Below, piece by piece: positions 61,686-64,000 of a stretch of 64,000 nucleotides of DNA. The position numbers and the translations under genes are program-made. The first letter of the stretch is position 1. Every line of letters begins with the position of its first letter. The notes beneath the pieces are model-generated. The model worked only from the letters and a program-made list of their open reading frames with translations. It had not been told where the DNA came from and did not search any database. The DNA is from Pecten maximus (taxonomy: Eukaryota), in NCBI RefSeq assembly GCF_902652985.1, contig NC_047019.1:24304001-24368000 (forward strand), written 5' to 3'.

Positions 61686-62327
61686 ACAAGTGCAATCAAT
61701 GATTGTGTAAGCTCACCGGCGGCAGCAATCACACTATGCATTCATTTTTTATGTATGTATAAGCATGTCATTTTAAAATTGTATGTCACATAATATCACT
61801 CCTAGACCTCTAATGGATGTATAAACCAAATAAGAATGGTGTGGACTTACAAGCTATTCAAAACTAACCCCCAAAATCTTTAAAGTGAGTTTTTGTGTCA
61901 AAAAAAGTAAGTCCACTAAATAGTAAAATGCCAAAATGCCAATTTTTTTCTGCATGATTTGCCACAGCATCACTCCTGAATCTCTTATGAATGTATAAAC
62001 CAAATTAGAAGGGTGATAGATGTATACTTTTGGACTTACCCCCAAAACTTTAAAGTGAGTTTTGGTGCCAAAAAAGTTAAGTCCACCAAATGGTAAAATG
62101 CGAAAAAATTACATTTTTTTTCTGCATAATTTTGCCATAACATCACTCCTAGACCTCTAATGAATGTATAAACCAACTTAGAAGGGCATGAGGTGTATAC
62201 TTTTGGACTTACAAGCTTTCCAAAAACTTACTCCAAAAACTTTAAAGTTTTGGGGTGGGACGCGGACGTGGACGCGGACGCCGGGGTGACAGCATTAGCT
62301 CTTGGTTACTCGTAACCGGTGAGCTAA
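61686..62327 (-). mobile_element. Helentron-type non-autonomous element with ~174-bp core repeats
   Basis: Subterminal gctcaccgg / ccggtgagct, hairpin ggttactcgtaacc, ggacgc microsatellite, ~2.5 core repeats. Confidence 0.8.
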
Positions 62328-62926
62328 TAAACACATAATTTGATAAGTTACACTGAGACTTTTAAAGCTTGATTCATGCTCAGAATTGATTTCCTTTACA
62401 GACATGATGATGAGAAGATTACTGAAGATTTCGTATTGTTTTGATTCTTGACTCTTAAATTACTATATATAGTTCCTGTGATAACTTGAAACTACATGAG
62501 TATTTTGCTCTCTATGTAAAACTTTGCCACTAGGTAATCGTATACTCTTCATTTTGTATCTATCAAGTTTTGAATCAGGCTTAAATATAGTATTCATCTT
62601 GTTTATTTGGATACACTATACTTAAACTTGATAGCTTATAATAAAACAAAAATGAAATTGTCCATGAAGGTGTTAATCGCAGTATTAAGTTCTGTGTGGT
62701 CCTTTTGATCACATGTTGATTGCAAACTGAGAATACATCTACAAAAAATTTATTGGTTTTGTGTACATTGCCAGATTTTTATTTGTAAACATAATTCTGC
62801 CATTTAAATCTGCACCTGCACTCAATGTTACCTTGACGATAATGAAATATAAAGTAAAAACATTCTAAATTTATACAGGATCTGTGTAAATACAAAATAC
62901 TGAAAAGTGTCAGTGATCTAACAGTG

Positions 62927-63545
62927 ATCCTCCCACCATACACCACACAGATTATTTGTCATCCTCCCACCATACACCACACAGATTATTTGTCATCCTC
63001 CCACCATACACCATACAGATTATTTGTCATCCTCCCACCATACACCACACAGGTTATTTGTCATTCTCCCACCATACACCACACAGGTTATTTGTCATCC
63101 TCCCACCATACACCACACAGGTTATTTGTCATCCTCCCACCATACACCACACAGATTATTTGTCATCCTCCCACCATACACCACACAGGTTATTTGTCAT
63201 TCTCCCACCATACACCACACAGATTATTTGTCATCCTCCCACCATACACCATACAGATTATTTGTCATCCTCCCACCATACACCATACAGATTATTTGTC
63301 ATCCTCCCACCATACACCATACAGATTATTTGTCATCCTCCCACCATACACCATACAGATTATTTGTCATCCTCCCACCATACACCACACAGATTATTTG
63401 TCATCCTCCCACCATACACCACACAGGTTATTTGTCATTCTCCCATGACCCATCCTCCCACCATACACCACACAGATTATTTGTCATCCTCCCACCATAC
63501 ACCACACAGATTATTTGTCATCCTCCCTGACACACCACATGGGTT
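62927..63545. repeat. 34-bp minisatellite
   Basis: About 18 copies of atcctcccaccatacaccacacagattatttgtc. Confidence 0.95.
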
Positions 63546-64000
63546 ATTTATTATACCTCATGTTTATAACTGCATGTGATTAGCCGAAATGCATCACGTG
63601 GAAGGGGGATAAAACATCATATCTCCCTGAGGCGCGTGAGCCAGGGAGATAAATATCATATCTCCCTGGACCGCGTGCCCCCATGGTGACCCCCATATTC
63701 TGTTGTGAGGAGTTGTCTCCCTTCCAGTTATTTACAAATGGCAGTCGAAGAAGCAGAATAGAAAAAATTCTGTAAAACAAGATTGCTCACAACACGAAAA
63801 TATCAACAAATGTACACGCCAACTGTTTCAAAGTGTTTCTAAAAGAAACTGTCAATAACACCTTGACTTGGAATCGTATTGATTGAGCGACCGGGATCAC
63901 AGTGGTTTGTGATAAAAATGAGATTTCATATCTTCAGTTTATTTTTGAGTATCATCATTACTGATTATTTTTCGGTATAATAAACAATTTATGGCCCTGG

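Noticed and set aside
1-63545. Tandem arrays as CRISPR arrays
   Set aside because: Units are contiguous with no unique spacers, there are no cas genes, and the context is eukaryotic.
58191-63579. Repetitive ORFs at 58191-58614 and 62924-63579 (also 15393-16275, 21035-21816, 33402-33883, 44202-45398)
   Set aside because: Translations of minisatellites, mostly open in several frames, with no splice or domain support.

Overview
AT-rich eukaryotic genomic DNA with spliceosomal introns. The repeat families (Helentron/HINE elements with ~145-175 bp core repeats, V- and CORE-type tRNA SINEs) suggest a bivalve mollusc; this is inference. Three spliced genes were reconstructed by hand with consistent intron phases. 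(1) Minus strand: a signal-peptide protein with at least 8 tandem FN3 domains, resembling the ectodomain of R3-type receptor tyrosine phosphatases (PTPRB/PTP10D-like). Its candidate first exon is 23675-23640, intron 1 is about 15 kb, and the gene runs off the left edge. (2) Plus strand: a complete 181-aa calcineurin-B/CHP-like protein (ATG 25049, stop 28478) with an N-myristoylation-type start and four degenerate EF-hand loops. It lies head-to-head with gene 1 across a promoter-like region with ETS-CRE and kappaB motifs. (3) Minus strand: the 3' half of TMTC1 (10 exons, 41348-35199), including a GC-AG intron. No further exon was found in the 22.6 kb to the right edge. The rest is minisatellites, SINEs, Helentron-type elements, MITEs and a mariner remnant. 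The most unusual feature is at 1-444: a 57-bp minisatellite made of the 3' end of an FN3 exon plus its GAG|GTAAGT donor, giving at least 7 intact, in-frame tandem 5' splice sites. Most entries in the supplied ORF track are repeat-derived or are exon fragments with intronic extensions.
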